Assembly (NCBI RefSeq): GCF_002761295.1
Contig: NZ_CP017881.1
Coordinates: forward strand, 347,213 to 411,212
DNA length: 64,000 nt
Direction of reading: 5' to 3'
Origin: Methanohalophilus portucalensis
GTDB lineage: Archaea > Halobacteriota > Methanosarcinia > Methanosarcinales > Methanosarcinaceae
In this document: in pieces, positions 1-10,275 of the stretch
Numbering within the stretch: position 1 is the stretch's first letter
Layout of the letters: each line of letters starts with the position of its first letter
Notes under the pieces: generated by a model
What the model was told of the DNA's origin: nothing
What the model saw: only the letters and a program-made list of their open reading frames with translations
Database searches by the model: none
Made by a program: the position numbers and the translations under genes

Positions 1-49
1 ATCTCCTCCCTTCAGGGCCTTTGTGGAAGCAATGTTTAAGAGAAAATAA

Positions 50-1366
50 TTAACTCATATCTGCGGGTTCTGCTTTCATGTATTCCCTGAGGACGGTTGT
101 CGCATAACTACCCTTGGGCAGGCAGAACTCCAGTATAACTTTTTTCTTCCCTTCATTTAATTCGTCATCTGCAATTGTGTAAGCCGGTTTGACATTCAAT
201 AAAATTTCCCTGCGCCTACCTTTTGAGGTGATACGAGGAATCTCGGGAATATGGAAATCTTTCTGTTCAACACCTGTCTCCTGGAGTATTTCTTTTTCTA
301 TATTGCCCGGGGAGCTGTCCGTAAATTCGGTAGATGTGCCGACCAGCGGGGCCGTAACAAAAGCTCTGCCCCTGCGAATCAGATTATTGATTCCTTTTAC
401 TTTGGAGGATGTTACAGTTTCAAGCCGGGAGGTATCTGGCAATCCCTGTTTATTCTTGAAGCACACAATATCACCTTCCACAGCTTCATTGAGGGGCAGT
501 TCTTCCCGGATTCGCCTGCAGATAATCCGATTGTAGATATATGACTGGTAGGCATGGACAAACATGTTCCGCATATTGGAACTCAATTCTCCGAATGCTC
601 CGGCAAAGTCATCCGGATTATTAACAAGATAGTGCATCATTGCCCTTTCATAGCGCAACTGAACCGGATATTCTTTCAGGCTTTCGATATAGTTGCGTTC
701 CTTATAGAAACGGTCGCGTACAAGCCTTGTTTTCTCGTGCTCATCTGGAAAACTCAAACCAATATAATCGATTGCAGCTTTCTCTATATCTCCCCTGACT
801 ATCGATTCTCCCACAAGGTGGGTGATGGGACGACGGGAGCCAAATCTCTGAATACCGAAAAAGTTGGGTACTCCATCAAGCTTATTTATTGTGGAAGTGA
901 TATTCAGGAGTCTGTTATCAAGTTCCTCCTCTGGCAGGCCAACATCCCGGATAATGATTTTGAATTTATTTCCCACAAGATCTCCCAAACCCACATCTTT
1001 GTTGGAGCGGCCCAGAACTTTCAGATCCACATCCCTGAGTTTTATCCTTTCAACGTCTTCTGCTTCAAGGTCGTATATACTTATACGCTGGGTGGTAAGT
1101 GCCCTTTTATCCTTGGTACCAGCAAAACCAAACCTCTTTGAACTTATTCCCAGAATTCGGGACATGTCTCTTATCAGGTGGTGGGTTTCCCAGTTGTTTT
1201 TCGTAAGTTCGAGGATCAGGTATTTTCCTTCCTCTCCTTCATCCCTACCCGTGACTTCCTCAACAACAAAATCTTCACTAGTTTGTTTTAACTTTCCACC
1301 GATACCTTCTGTTTCTGTTACATAAAGGTCGATACCGGTTTGTTTTTCTATATCAGGCACTTGCAT
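50..1366 (-). CDS. truD: tRNA pseudouridine synthase TruD/Pus7 family
   Basis: 438-aa ORF with GTKDKRA (GxKD) catalytic motif typical of TruD; size matches archaeal TruD. Confidence 0.8.
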   Translation of the reverse strand: MQVPDIEKQTGIDLYVTETEGIGGKLKQTSEDFVVEEVTGRDEGEEGKYLILELTKNNWETHHLIRDMSRILGISSKRFGFAGTKDKRALTTQRISIYDLEAEDVERIKLRDVDLKVLGRSNKDVGLGDLVGNKFKIIIRDVGLPEEELDNRLLNITSTINKLDGVPNFFGIQRFGSRRPITHLVGESIVRGDIEKAAIDYIGLSFPDEHEKTRLVRDRFYKERNYIESLKEYPVQLRYERAMMHYLVNNPDDFAGAFGELSSNMRNMFVHAYQSYIYNRIICRRIREELPLNEAVEGDIVCFKNKQGLPDTSRLETVTSSKVKGINNLIRRGRAFVTAPLVGTSTEFTDSSPGNIEKEILQETGVEQKDFHIPEIPRITSKGRRREILLNVKPAYTIADDELNEGKKKVILEFCLPKGSYATTVLREYMKAEPADMS

Positions 1367-1375
1367 GGATAATCC

Positions 1376-2518
1376 TCATCTTGCGGCAATATCTATTACT
1401 GTTACATTTGTCTGCCTGGTGTATGTCCAGCCATTTTCTGTGGGAGCGGTTTCCACCGGCAGGCTCCCTGCATACATGCCTGCCGAGGGATCAAGAAGTA
1501 ACCAGCAACCGTATTTGTCGGTTGCATAATATACGGGTACGCATCCATAGTATTGCTCTATGGCCTCCGAGACGCGATCGATGTCTTCCTCCATTCCGAT
1601 GTAAACTGCCGCATAGGCATGTGTTTCGGTCAGGTATATCCGGGATGTGCCCCCGATTGCTTCTACCAGGGAAGCCATTGTGATGGCGTAATCATCACAG
1701 TCTCCTGCCCCTATTTCCAGGGTCTCATCCGGCCCGACCCAGAAATCCGATCCACGTGGGTCGCTGATATAGTCCACATCCTCCAACAAATTATCATACA
1801 GGGCACATACCTGATAAATATTGTATTTGCCGGGGTACTCTTTTGCTGCTTTTGCAGCTTTGCTTCTGACCAGTGGGTCGGATGAATTGACAAGGGAGTT
1901 TATCTTATCGAAAAGATAGGCCGGGTTGTAGGTGTATTGTGGATTTACTTCTGTAGCAGCAGCCCGGGTTTTGATTTCAATTGCGTCAAAATACTGTATT
2001 CCGTAATCGTGCCATTTCCCGGATTCGGAAGTTGCCATTATCTTTACAAAAGGCTCTAGTTTTATTGTCGATTTGTCGGGTACATCAAAACAGGCATACC
2101 CCAACTCTTTTTGTTCTTCCGGGGGTATCAGGTATCCAGTTTCAAAATCGTATATCCCGTTTCCACTTACCGGCCGGATGCCGTATCCATATACGTAAAT
2201 TTCATTATTTCCCGTATTTGTTATGGTCATTGTGAGCATACCGGTATTTTTCCGGAAAGGTTCTCCATAACTGTAAGCACTTGATATGCTGTATCCGGGG
2301 GACAGTATATTACTTTGGCTGGGTTTATAATCATATTCTGGATCAATAATCTGTACTTGTGGGTATGTCAGGGTTTGTGTATCGAGTTCATAGGCAGTTT
2401 CCATACTCCTGTCATCGGAGATGGAAAATCTTTCCTGCAGGATTTCCGGGTTTTGAGCGCCGATATATATCAGTATGCCAATCAGAGCTACCAGTAACAT
2501 GAACCCTTTTTTCCCCAT
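1376..2518 (-). CDS. membrane-anchored transglutaminase-like cysteine protease domain protein
   Basis: N-terminal TM/signal segment; GAGDCDDYAITMASLVEAIGG motif (transglutaminase-like Cys core). Confidence 0.55.
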   Translation of the reverse strand: MGKKGFMLLVALIGILIYIGAQNPEILQERFSISDDRSMETAYELDTQTLTYPQVQIIDPEYDYKPSQSNILSPGYSISSAYSYGEPFRKNTGMLTMTITNTGNNEIYVYGYGIRPVSGNGIYDFETGYLIPPEEQKELGYACFDVPDKSTIKLEPFVKIMATSESGKWHDYGIQYFDAIEIKTRAAATEVNPQYTYNPAYLFDKINSLVNSSDPLVRSKAAKAAKEYPGKYNIYQVCALYDNLLEDVDYISDPRGSDFWVGPDETLEIGAGDCDDYAITMASLVEAIGGTSRIYLTETHAYAAVYIGMEEDIDRVSEAIEQYYGCVPVYYATDKYGCWLLLDPSAGMYAGSLPVETAPTENGWTYTRQTNVTVIDIAAR

Positions 2519-2529
2519 TGTACCATCCT

Positions 2530-2877
2530 TTAAAGCAATTTCAGGGAACCGGTAATACGTTCTATGTCTTCATTTGTTGCGGGTCCGATACCAAGAGCAG
2601 TGACAGTGCCTGGCTTAATCTCGGTCAGACCGGCATCCTGTATCAGGGCGGTGGGAAGGTTCTGTGCCCGGGCGATTTCCCTTAACTCATAAAGGTCCCT
2701 TTCGGCAGGCACTTTAAGTACTACTTTTTTCTGTCCTTCGGCTTTCCATTTTGAATATATTCTGGAATCTGCCTTCTCGGATGCTGATACTGCAGCATGG
2801 GCCACCTGTACTGCAAGTTTGCCCTTTGATAATTTCAGGTCCTGTCGGATCACAATACATTGTTTGCAGGTAAACAT
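2530..2877 (-). CDS. pth2: peptidyl-tRNA hydrolase, archaeal type (Pth2)
   Basis: 115-aa ORF with conserved Pth2 sequence (KLSKGKLAVQVAHAAV ... ALIQDAGLTEI..GTVTALGIGP). Confidence 0.85.
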   Translation of the reverse strand: MFTCKQCIVIRQDLKLSKGKLAVQVAHAAVSASEKADSRIYSKWKAEGQKKVVLKVPAERDLYELREIARAQNLPTALIQDAGLTEIKPGTVTALGIGPATNEDIERITGSLKLL

Positions 2878-2903
2878 TTTAACGTCCTCTTTAGGAAATC
2901 AGG

Positions 2904-3809
2904 TCAGAGTCTTTCCATAAGGTGGTCTATTATCTTCTCTGCCGGATTTATCCCCCATGTTCTATAAATACCTGCCCCGGAAGGAGTTGCATTGACTTCC
3001 AGCACCATATTACCGCCTTTTCCTTCGATCAGGTCAACTCCTGCATATTCGGCCCCCATTTTTTCACATGCACGGACACAAAGTTCTTCCTGTTCTTTTC
3101 CCAGCATACATTTCTCAGTATTTCCACCCTGGCTGAGATTGTTTAACCATCCCTCTTCTGCTTTCCTGTAGATGGCCCCGATTACTTCATCACCAACAAC
3201 AAAGGCACGTATATCCCTGCCTGGATTTGCTATATATTTCTGGATGTATAACATTTTCCTTTCATTCATCATCCTGCTTACAAATTCCCTTGCCGGTGTA
3301 TCATCCAAATTTCCATCAGGATTGATTAGCTGTGCGTTCTTGATCCTGGATATCCCCATGCCTTTGTATCCGAATACTGGCTTGATGATGGCGTCTTCGA
3401 ATGATTCCAGGGCATTCATTGCACTTTCTATATCCTGGACACCTTTTGTGGGCGGTACCGGTATATTTGCTTCTGCCAGAAGGTATGTAGCATGGTATTT
3501 GTTTGCAGCATTCTGGATTGATGCCGGTGAGTTGATAACAGGTATCCCAAAGTTTTCCAACTGGCGTAAAATATCAAATCTGAAAATGACTCCCTCTCCA
3601 TTTCCTCCGCCGGCATCCCTCACAATGATGGCATCAAGGTCCTGCAGGTTTATGTCCCCTGCGTGGTAGGTTATGTTTGTCCCGATAGCCACTTCTGCAT
3701 CTGCAAGGTTTATCGGGATAGGATTAATGCGGTTGTGAGATGCGGTTTCGATTAGGGATTTTGTTGTCCAGTCTTCAGGATCAGTTATGAGTATTCCTAT
3801 GTTTTTCAT
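2904..3809 (-). CDS. ATP-grasp RimK-family ligase (H4MPT:alpha-L-glutamate ligase / CofF-like)
   Basis: 301-aa ATP-grasp fold; RimK-like motifs; family assignment from established methanogen RimK paralogs. Confidence 0.65.
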   Translation of the reverse strand: MKNIGILITDPEDWTTKSLIETASHNRINPIPINLADAEVAIGTNITYHAGDINLQDLDAIIVRDAGGGNGEGVIFRFDILRQLENFGIPVINSPASIQNAANKYHATYLLAEANIPVPPTKGVQDIESAMNALESFEDAIIKPVFGYKGMGISRIKNAQLINPDGNLDDTPAREFVSRMMNERKMLYIQKYIANPGRDIRAFVVGDEVIGAIYRKAEEGWLNNLSQGGNTEKCMLGKEQEELCVRACEKMGAEYAGVDLIEGKGGNMVLEVNATPSGAGIYRTWGINPAEKIIDHLMERL

Positions 3810-3892
3810 CTGGATTTAATGTAATCCTGATCGGATAATTATGTTTTTGTCCAGTAAGTGGAAAAAGTTAGTAAAAAGGGACATGTCTTGAA

Positions 3893-5377
3893 TCAGACAT
3901 GCTCTATATCAGTATTTCCTGAAATTTCCGTATTTGTGGTGCACAGGTCCTCTGTGCTTAATTTATGGACATCATCGTTGCCTGTCAGCCGGGCAAAATC
4001 CTTCATTTCCTCCGTTGAAACCCTCAGGAAATTCTCCAGTTTTTTGGCGGAATATTCGATCTTCAATCTCTTTCGAAGTTCCGGATTCTGGGTGGTAACC
4101 CCCACCGGACACTGTCCTGTATCACACAAACGGTATTGCTGGCATGCACATGCCATCAGGGCTGCAGTGCCTATTGCTATGGCATCGGCTCCCATTGCAA
4201 GGGCCTTTGCAAAATCAGAGGAAACCCTCAGGCCACCTGTGATTACCAGTGAGATATCCTTTTTGTTCCTGTCATCCAGAAATTTCCTGGCCCTGTACAG
4301 AGCGAACAGCGTAGGCATTGAGGTTGCCTCTTTTACAAACTTCTTTGCAGCCGCAGTTGCTCCGGGTCTTCCGTCGATTGTAATAAAATCAGGTTCTGCA
4401 TGGATTGCAACCTCAAGATCTGCTTCGATATTGCCTGCTGCGATCTTTATGCCAATTGGTTTTCCCCCGGATTTTTCCCTGAGCCAGGAAACCTTGTTCT
4501 TGAGATCATCTTTGTTCTTTATATCCTCATACCGGGACGGGGATATGACATCCGCTCCTTCGGGAAATCCCCTTGCCTTTGCAATTTCAGGAGTTACTTT
4601 CTCGGCTGGTAATTGTCCTCCCATGCCGGGTTTTACTGACTGGCCGATCTTTATCTCGATGGCATCCACTTTTTGAAGGTTCTCATCAGTGACACTGTAC
4701 CTGTTGGGTACGTATTCGAATATGTATTTGTGTGCCTTATCAAAAGATTCCTGCAGGATTCCGCCTTCTCCCGAGCACATGGCGGTTCCCACAGCAGCAC
4801 TTCCGGTTGCCAGGGATATCTTAACCTCCCGGGAGAGTGCTCCGTATGACATATGGGTAATGTAAAGAGGTGTATCTATCATAAGAGGTTGTTTTGCGTT
4901 TGGACCGATTGTTGTACCCGTGTTCACTGTCTCGTCATGGTTTAAAGGAAACTTTGCAAGTTGGGCTCCTTTTATAAGTACATCCTCCCAGGAAACCACA
5001 TCCATCTTCGTCCTCATGGGCTCGATTATGGATTCGCCTGTGACGGATATCTGGTGAATATCCGACATGTGGCTTTCCAGTTCATCGGATTGCCTTTTCC
5101 ACTCTCCCAGGTATCCACCCAGCTCCTTGTCCAGGGTGGTTATTGACACCTTGCTTTTTGTACCACAGTAGGGACAGGTTACAACTTCATCTACATGAGT
5201 CTCAGCCTTCTCCTCTTTTACAGGTTTTAAGTGGGTCTTATTCGCTTTACAGATAGGACATTCCCAGTCATCAGGAAAATCCTCCGGTTTCGTATCCGGC
5301 CTGATATCCGTAAGTGAATTTCCTCTCTTGTCGTCATACTCAAAAACATTACAGACCTCACATCGGTATTTGGACAT
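3893..5377 (-). CDS. glutamate-synthase-related FMN-binding protein with N-terminal rubredoxin-like zinc ribbon
   Basis: N-terminal CxxC...CxxC pairs; central GltB domain-2-like region (GGxxxS, ITGGLR, Cys cluster CACQQYRLCDTGQCPVG). Confidence 0.7.
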   Translation of the reverse strand: MSKYRCEVCNVFEYDDKRGNSLTDIRPDTKPEDFPDDWECPICKANKTHLKPVKEEKAETHVDEVVTCPYCGTKSKVSITTLDKELGGYLGEWKRQSDELESHMSDIHQISVTGESIIEPMRTKMDVVSWEDVLIKGAQLAKFPLNHDETVNTGTTIGPNAKQPLMIDTPLYITHMSYGALSREVKISLATGSAAVGTAMCSGEGGILQESFDKAHKYIFEYVPNRYSVTDENLQKVDAIEIKIGQSVKPGMGGQLPAEKVTPEIAKARGFPEGADVISPSRYEDIKNKDDLKNKVSWLREKSGGKPIGIKIAAGNIEADLEVAIHAEPDFITIDGRPGATAAAKKFVKEATSMPTLFALYRARKFLDDRNKKDISLVITGGLRVSSDFAKALAMGADAIAIGTAALMACACQQYRLCDTGQCPVGVTTQNPELRKRLKIEYSAKKLENFLRVSTEEMKDFARLTGNDDVHKLSTEDLCTTNTEISGNTDIEHV

Positions 5378-5525
5378 TGTATCACAGTTTGGTATCTTGC
5401 TTTTGTTTTCCAGAAGGAATTGGAGGGGATGTGCAGATGCAATGTGGACATATATAAATTAAAATATATTTTTTCTGAAGTACTGCACGTAAATTGTATG
5501 CTCAAAAAAAGATATTATGGAAGGA

Positions 5526-5783
5526 TTACTTCCCAAGCTGTTCCTTCTCGGATCCCCTGGTACAGTAATAGCCGTTAGTAAGTCCCAGCTCTTCGGTTAC
5601 CGGACATCCTCCACAGATACAGCCACTCTCTTCCTCAATACAGTCACTTTTGCCTATTGTTGATAAGCAATATCCTCCTTTTTCCCCGCATTCGACCCAT
5701 GAGGGACAGCTAGGGCATATGCACATGGACATTACCATTTCTTTCTTTTGTTCCATTTCCTCAGGACTCATTTCTTCTGCCAT
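5526..5783 (-). CDS. Cys-rich small protein (DUF2769-like)
   Basis: 85-aa ORF with multiple CxxC/CPxCP motifs typical of methanogen DUF2769 proteins. Confidence 0.45.
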   Translation of the reverse strand: MAEEMSPEEMEQKKEMVMSMCICPSCPSWVECGEKGGYCLSTIGKSDCIEEESGCICGGCPVTEELGLTNGYYCTRGSEKEQLGK

Positions 5784-5933
5784 TCATTTCACTCCCTGTT
5801 ATATTTTATATTCATAGAATGTATGATCCATATCTTTTATGTATCTAACTGTTGCTTCTGAAAATGTATGCAGGATGGGCCAGCATAAACCGTTTTCATC
5901 GGCAGGTTATGTTCATCCGATAAATATCTGTGA

Positions 5934-6674
5934 TTAACGTCTGATCTCTTTGTCACCTATACTTTCCCCCACTATGCCATTCAGGTCCATCCAACAGGCG
6001 GTTAGGTCGGCCGGCCTTTCCACAGCATCCACTATTACGCTGTCAGCAGTTGCTATTACACCCCTGGGTCCGACTTGTTTGAGGTCGAAATCCACATTTT
6101 TTGATGTCCTGGCGTCTGCATTGAAAGGATACTTTGCTGCTCTCTTACGGATGAATTGTGCAAGTTTGCCGCTGTTGCTCATCTGAGTGTCAAGAAGGAT
6201 TGTTGCAGAATCTACTCCCAGTACCGAGAGTGTGGTCAGCATCTCATCGACAGCCTGATAGGTTGTAGCTGTATTGGTGTGGTTTTTGAAAATTCCCCGG
6301 GTGTCACGCAGGAATCCATCATCTGCAAACCATACTGTCTCATTCTGAAGCACGCTTTCCATGGTTATCAGTACATTGTAGCCGTCTATGAAGATATCAC
6401 ACCCCTTTAGCCGGGAGCATGCGAGCTTTTTATTGCTGCGCTTGACTGCAGTTTCCGGGTCAAATACAAGCCTTGTGAGGATGTGCCTCTCTCCTTCTGC
6501 CAGATGGTAATGGTTGCTGACAAACCTGATTACACCTTTTCTCCTGTATCCCCTACAGAGAAGGTACCTTATGTCGGCTGCAGGTTCCCTTAGTTTATTT
6601 TTGAGTTTTTCAACTGCTGTGCTACCTGCGGCAGATTCCATACCTGAAAATCTCTTCCGATAAGTTTTATACAT
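5934..6674 (-). CDS. NYN/PIN-like domain protein (DUF434-like)
   Basis: IDGYNVL motif typical of NYN nucleases; start trimmed to internal Met at 6674 so that it does not overlap the divergent gene at 6704. Confidence 0.4.
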   Translation of the reverse strand: MYKTYRKRFSGMESAAGSTAVEKLKNKLREPAADIRYLLCRGYRRKGVIRFVSNHYHLAEGERHILTRLVFDPETAVKRSNKKLACSRLKGCDIFIDGYNVLITMESVLQNETVWFADDGFLRDTRGIFKNHTNTATTYQAVDEMLTTLSVLGVDSATILLDTQMSNSGKLAQFIRKRAAKYPFNADARTSKNVDFDLKQVGPRGVIATADSVIVDAVERPADLTACWMDLNGIVGESIGDKEIRR

Positions 6675-6703
6675 GTCGGCAACCACCCTTTTATGGTGAT
6701 TTT

Positions 6704-7684
6704 TTGGAAATACTCTGGCTTGATCAGGATGATGTGAAATTCCTGCTGGATATGCCTTCAGCCCTTGAGGCAGTGGAAATGGCTTTTGCCCAGCATGGAA
6801 GGAATAAGGTACAGATGCCACCTAAATCCTATCTTTATTTTACTGAACATAACGGGGATTTACGCACCATGCCCGCTTTTCTGGAGGAAGAGGATGTTGC
6901 AGGTGTCAAGGTCGTAAATGTTCATCCTGAAAACCGTAAAGTAGGCCTGCCTACTGTGATGGCAACGGTTATACTCAATTCCACATCCACCGGTGCACCC
7001 CTGGCTATTATGGATGGTACATATCTTACGGATATACGCACCGGCGCAGCAGGAGGTGTTGCAGCCCGCTATCTTGCGCGTGCAAACAGCAGTGTCGTGG
7101 GGATGGTGGGAGCCGGTAACCAGGCCAGGACACAATTAGAGGCATTATCGAATGTTTTCGATCTTGAACAGGTATATGTGTTTGATCTGGACACGTCAAG
7201 GGCGGAAAAATTCAAAGAAGGGATGGAATCAGTTGCATGCTGTGACATAACAGTAGTTGACAGTATCCAGAAAGCCTGTGATGTGGACATTCTGGTAACT
7301 ACCACTCCTTCAAGAAAGCCGATCATCAAAGCACAATGGCTGCCTGAGGGGCTCCACATCAATGCTATCGGGGCTGACGCCAGGGGAAAAGAAGAGCTGG
7401 ACCCTTCTATCCTCCAGCAAGCAAGGGTTGTGGTCGATGATATCGCACAGGCTACCCATTCCGGGGAAGTGAATGTTCCCCTTTCTGAGGGATACATCCG
7501 ACAGGAAGATGTCTTTGCCCAGCTGGGTCAGATAGTTGCCGGTCTGCATGTGGGCCGTGAATCGGATGCGCAGATCACGGTTTTTGATTCAACGGGGTTG
7601 GCAATACAGGATATTGTGACCGCCAATCTGGTTTATAAAAAAGCAAAAAATAAAGGTATGGGCTCGAAGGCAAAATTGTTCTGA
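6704..7684 (+). CDS. ornithine cyclodeaminase/mu-crystallin family protein (archaeal alanine dehydrogenase-like)
   Basis: 326-aa ORF; Rossmann GxGxQA motif (GMVGAGNQARTQ); OCD family architecture. Confidence 0.7.
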   Translation: MEILWLDQDDVKFLLDMPSALEAVEMAFAQHGRNKVQMPPKSYLYFTEHNGDLRTMPAFLEEEDVAGVKVVNVHPENRKVGLPTVMATVILNSTSTGAPLAIMDGTYLTDIRTGAAGGVAARYLARANSSVVGMVGAGNQARTQLEALSNVFDLEQVYVFDLDTSRAEKFKEGMESVACCDITVVDSIQKACDVDILVTTTPSRKPIIKAQWLPEGLHINAIGADARGKEELDPSILQQARVVVDDIAQATHSGEVNVPLSEGYIRQEDVFAQLGQIVAGLHVGRESDAQITVFDSTGLAIQDIVTANLVYKKAKNKGMGSKAKLF

Positions 7685-7712
7685 TTATGTCTGGTAAGGA
7701 CAAGGTAGACCC

Positions 7713-8213
7713 TCAACTTTTGCCCCTTATGGTCTTAAATCCGCCGACCCTTTCCTCACAGATCTGCCTGTGGCCTTCTTCCTCTTTAGAGATATGTTCC
7801 ATCTCCTTGAGGAAATTCTTCTGGTCATTTTCATCAGGAAACAGTTCCTCAATTATATAGGGCTCGATCTTAGTGATATTCTTGTAAACATCTCGTGAAA
7901 GGATTTCATATTTCATTATGGCTTTGAACATTTCGGGGCTGTCCATACTCTCAAAATCAAATACTTTTTGAGGAAGCCCTCTTGGTATTTTATCTGGAAG
8001 TGGGATGTCGGCTTTTTCCATCCAGTTTTTGAGTTTCAGGCCGTGTTTGTCTGAATCATTTGCAAGTCTTTCAAGGGCATCCACATCTTCTCCCATGAGT
8101 TCGATGCGTGATTCCCATACGACAAGTTGTTCCATTTCTGTTTCTATCCAGTACATTTTCTGTAACTGGGATTTCAGTGTTTCTTTATCTTTAATACCGG
8201 CCATAATTTTCAC
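7713..8213 (-). CDS. hypothetical protein
   Basis: 166-aa ORF, helical/acidic, no recognisable motif. Confidence 0.35.
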   Translation of the reverse strand: MKIMAGIKDKETLKSQLQKMYWIETEMEQLVVWESRIELMGEDVDALERLANDSDKHGLKLKNWMEKADIPLPDKIPRGLPQKVFDFESMDSPEMFKAIMKYEILSRDVYKNITKIEPYIIEELFPDENDQKNFLKEMEHISKEEEGHRQICEERVGGFKTIRGKS

Positions 8214-8311
8214 CTTTTTATTAATATATTGTAGATATTATATTTGCCAGTTTCGACGGGATATCTATAAATAATACTCGGGGAGTACTGGAGGAGTACC
8301 GGTGTATATTA

Positions 8312-8992
8312 ATGAAAGCGGTTTGTTTGATCAGCAGTGGATTGGATTCTGTTGCATCCCTTGCGATAGCGTCTGCAAAATACGATGTACAGATTGGCCT
8401 GACCTTTGATTATGGGCAGCTTGCTGCGGATGCAGAGATTGAATGCTCCCGGCATATATGTGCTCATTATGGCATTCTACACCGTGTAATTTCATTGGAC
8501 TGGATGAAAGATATTACTACAACATCCCTGGTAAACCGGCAAGGAAATGTACCGGATATGGCCGAGGCAGACCTCGGGAATGGGGAAGTGACTTCTGAAT
8601 CAGCAGCAAACGTCTGGGTTCCTAACAGGAACGGATTAATGGCAAACGTTGCTGCCGCTTTTGCCGAAGCCATGGATTGTGGCTATATTATTGCCGGTTT
8701 CAATGCCGAGGAAGCCGCCACTTTCCCCGATAATTCCCCGGAATTTGTGGATTGTATTAACAGGGCCTTTTCTTACTCCACTCTCAATGGAGTACGGCTG
8801 ATATCTCCTGTGCTTGAAATGGATAAGGTGGCCATTGTAAAGGAAGCAGTGCGAGTACATGCTCCGTTAGCTTTAAGCTGGAGCTGCTATCAGGGCGAAG
8901 AAAAACCCTGTGGAGTTTGTGAAAGCTGTGTCAGGCGGGCACGGGCTTTCCGGGAAGCAGGCATCAAGGATCCGGCAGTGGAGGATATATAA
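8312..8992 (+). CDS. queC: 7-cyano-7-deazaguanine synthase QueC
   Basis: SGGLDS PP-loop motif at N-terminus; C-terminal CGVCESC zinc site. Confidence 0.85.
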   Translation: MKAVCLISSGLDSVASLAIASAKYDVQIGLTFDYGQLAADAEIECSRHICAHYGILHRVISLDWMKDITTTSLVNRQGNVPDMAEADLGNGEVTSESAANVWVPNRNGLMANVAAAFAEAMDCGYIIAGFNAEEAATFPDNSPEFVDCINRAFSYSTLNGVRLISPVLEMDKVAIVKEAVRVHAPLALSWSCYQGEEKPCGVCESCVRRARAFREAGIKDPAVEDI

Positions 8993-9555
8993 TGGGAATT
9001 AAAGTGCATATAATGGATGAGACTTATGATTATGACGGCAGCCAGATATCCTCTCTCTGGGCCTACCAGATGTTCGGGATCCAGGCCGATTCCGTGGTGG
9101 CATTCCGGGGACAATGTGATGTGCAAATAGCACACATGATTGACCTTGAGGACAAAAGGGAAAACGAATCCATTGTATCTGCTGACATGCTTCATTTCAT
9201 CATTGAGCATTTCGATTCCACCGACCTGAAATTGATCTACAGCAGGCAGCGGCTTTTCACAACTATTGTTGCTGAAACTCTTTTTTCTATGGGAATCATG
9301 ACTAACAGGGAAGGGGATGATCTTTTTGTCAATGGGAAAAAACTGACGGTATCAATTGCAAGCACCTCTGCGGTCTCACAGAAGATACATTTTGGCATCA
9401 ACGTATCCCATGATTTTTATGGCAACCTTAAAGAATGTGGTATTGCTGCAGAAAAAACCCGGCAATTGCTGGAAGCTATCACAGGCAGATACATTAAAGA
9501 GATGGAGGATATCGAAGGAGATCTTCGCAAATCCAGGCCTCTGGATGTGGTTTAA
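8992..9555 (+). CDS. conserved archaeal protein embedded in preQ0 operon (possibly DUF366/COG2029-like)
   Basis: 187-aa ORF translationally coupled between queC and queE (ATGs at the stop codons). Confidence 0.45.
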   Translation: MGIKVHIMDETYDYDGSQISSLWAYQMFGIQADSVVAFRGQCDVQIAHMIDLEDKRENESIVSADMLHFIIEHFDSTDLKLIYSRQRLFTTIVAETLFSMGIMTNREGDDLFVNGKKLTVSIASTSAVSQKIHFGINVSHDFYGNLKECGIAAEKTRQLLEAITGRYIKEMEDIEGDLRKSRPLDVV

Positions 9556-10275
9556 GTGGAAAGGAAACCGGTGTCCGAGATATTCTGTGCGGTACAGGGA
9601 GAGGGTCCTTATGTAGGAGCGCGGCAAGCCTTTGTCAGATTTGTTGGGTGTAATCTGAATTGCTCCTACTGTGATACTCCTCTCGATGAGCCGGATTACT
9701 GTCTTTTTGAAAAAGTGCCTGGAAGCGGTGAATTTGAGAAACTCTCACCCCTGCTTTGCGCTTCAGACATTGAGGAGAGGACCAGAGCATTTGATAATCT
9801 GCATTCGGTATCCCTGACAGGCGGGGAACCTCTTTTGTATGCAGAATTCATCAGGGGTCTGGATCTGCCTGCCCCAGTTTATCTTGAAACTAACATGACC
9901 CTGCCGGAAAAAGCAGCAATTGTGAAGGACTCGGTGGATTATGTGGCTGGAGATGTGAAATTACCTGGAGAATTTGAAGGGAGTAATTTTGTTGAACACA
10001 TCGAACGCACATACCAGTGTTTCCGCACACTTCGCAGCAATCAACACAGGGATTGTTTCTGTAAAATCGTAGTAACTTCTTCAACTAATATGGCTGATGT
10101 TATGGATGTTGTAGAGCAGATATCCGATTACATAAGCTGTGTGATACTGCAGCCGGTCACACAGCACACAAGGGCTACTGATATACAGACAATACTTTCC
10201 CTGCAGGAAAATTTACTCGAAATTAAAAACACTCTAATTATCCCGCAGACTCACAAAATGTGGGGGTGTCTATAA
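9556..10275 (+). CDS. queE: 7-carboxy-7-deazaguanine synthase QueE (radical SAM)
   Basis: CNLNCSYCDT radical SAM motif; QueE N-terminal pattern EIFCAVQGEG. Confidence 0.85.
   Translation: MERKPVSEIFCAVQGEGPYVGARQAFVRFVGCNLNCSYCDTPLDEPDYCLFEKVPGSGEFEKLSPLLCASDIEERTRAFDNLHSVSLTGGEPLLYAEFIRGLDLPAPVYLETNMTLPEKAAIVKDSVDYVAGDVKLPGEFEGSNFVEHIERTYQCFRTLRSNQHRDCFCKIVVTSSTNMADVMDVVEQISDYISCVILQPVTQHTRATDIQTILSLQENLLEIKNTLIIPQTHKMWGCL

Noticed and set aside
554-1325. ORFs 554-1141 (+) and 864-1325 (+) antisense to truD
   Set aside because: They lie entirely inside the well-supported truD gene on the opposite strand and are low-complexity or proline/serine-rich. They are shadow ORFs.
3172-4676. ORFs 3172-3669 (+) and 3858-4676 (+)
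   Set aside because: They are antisense shadows of the ATP-grasp ligase and the glutamate-synthase-like genes and have no recognisable motifs.
5227-5505. 92-aa ORF 5227-5505 (-) upstream of and overlapping the glutamate-synthase-like gene
   Set aside because: It overlaps the N-terminal rubredoxin-like coding region in another frame and has no conservation signal.
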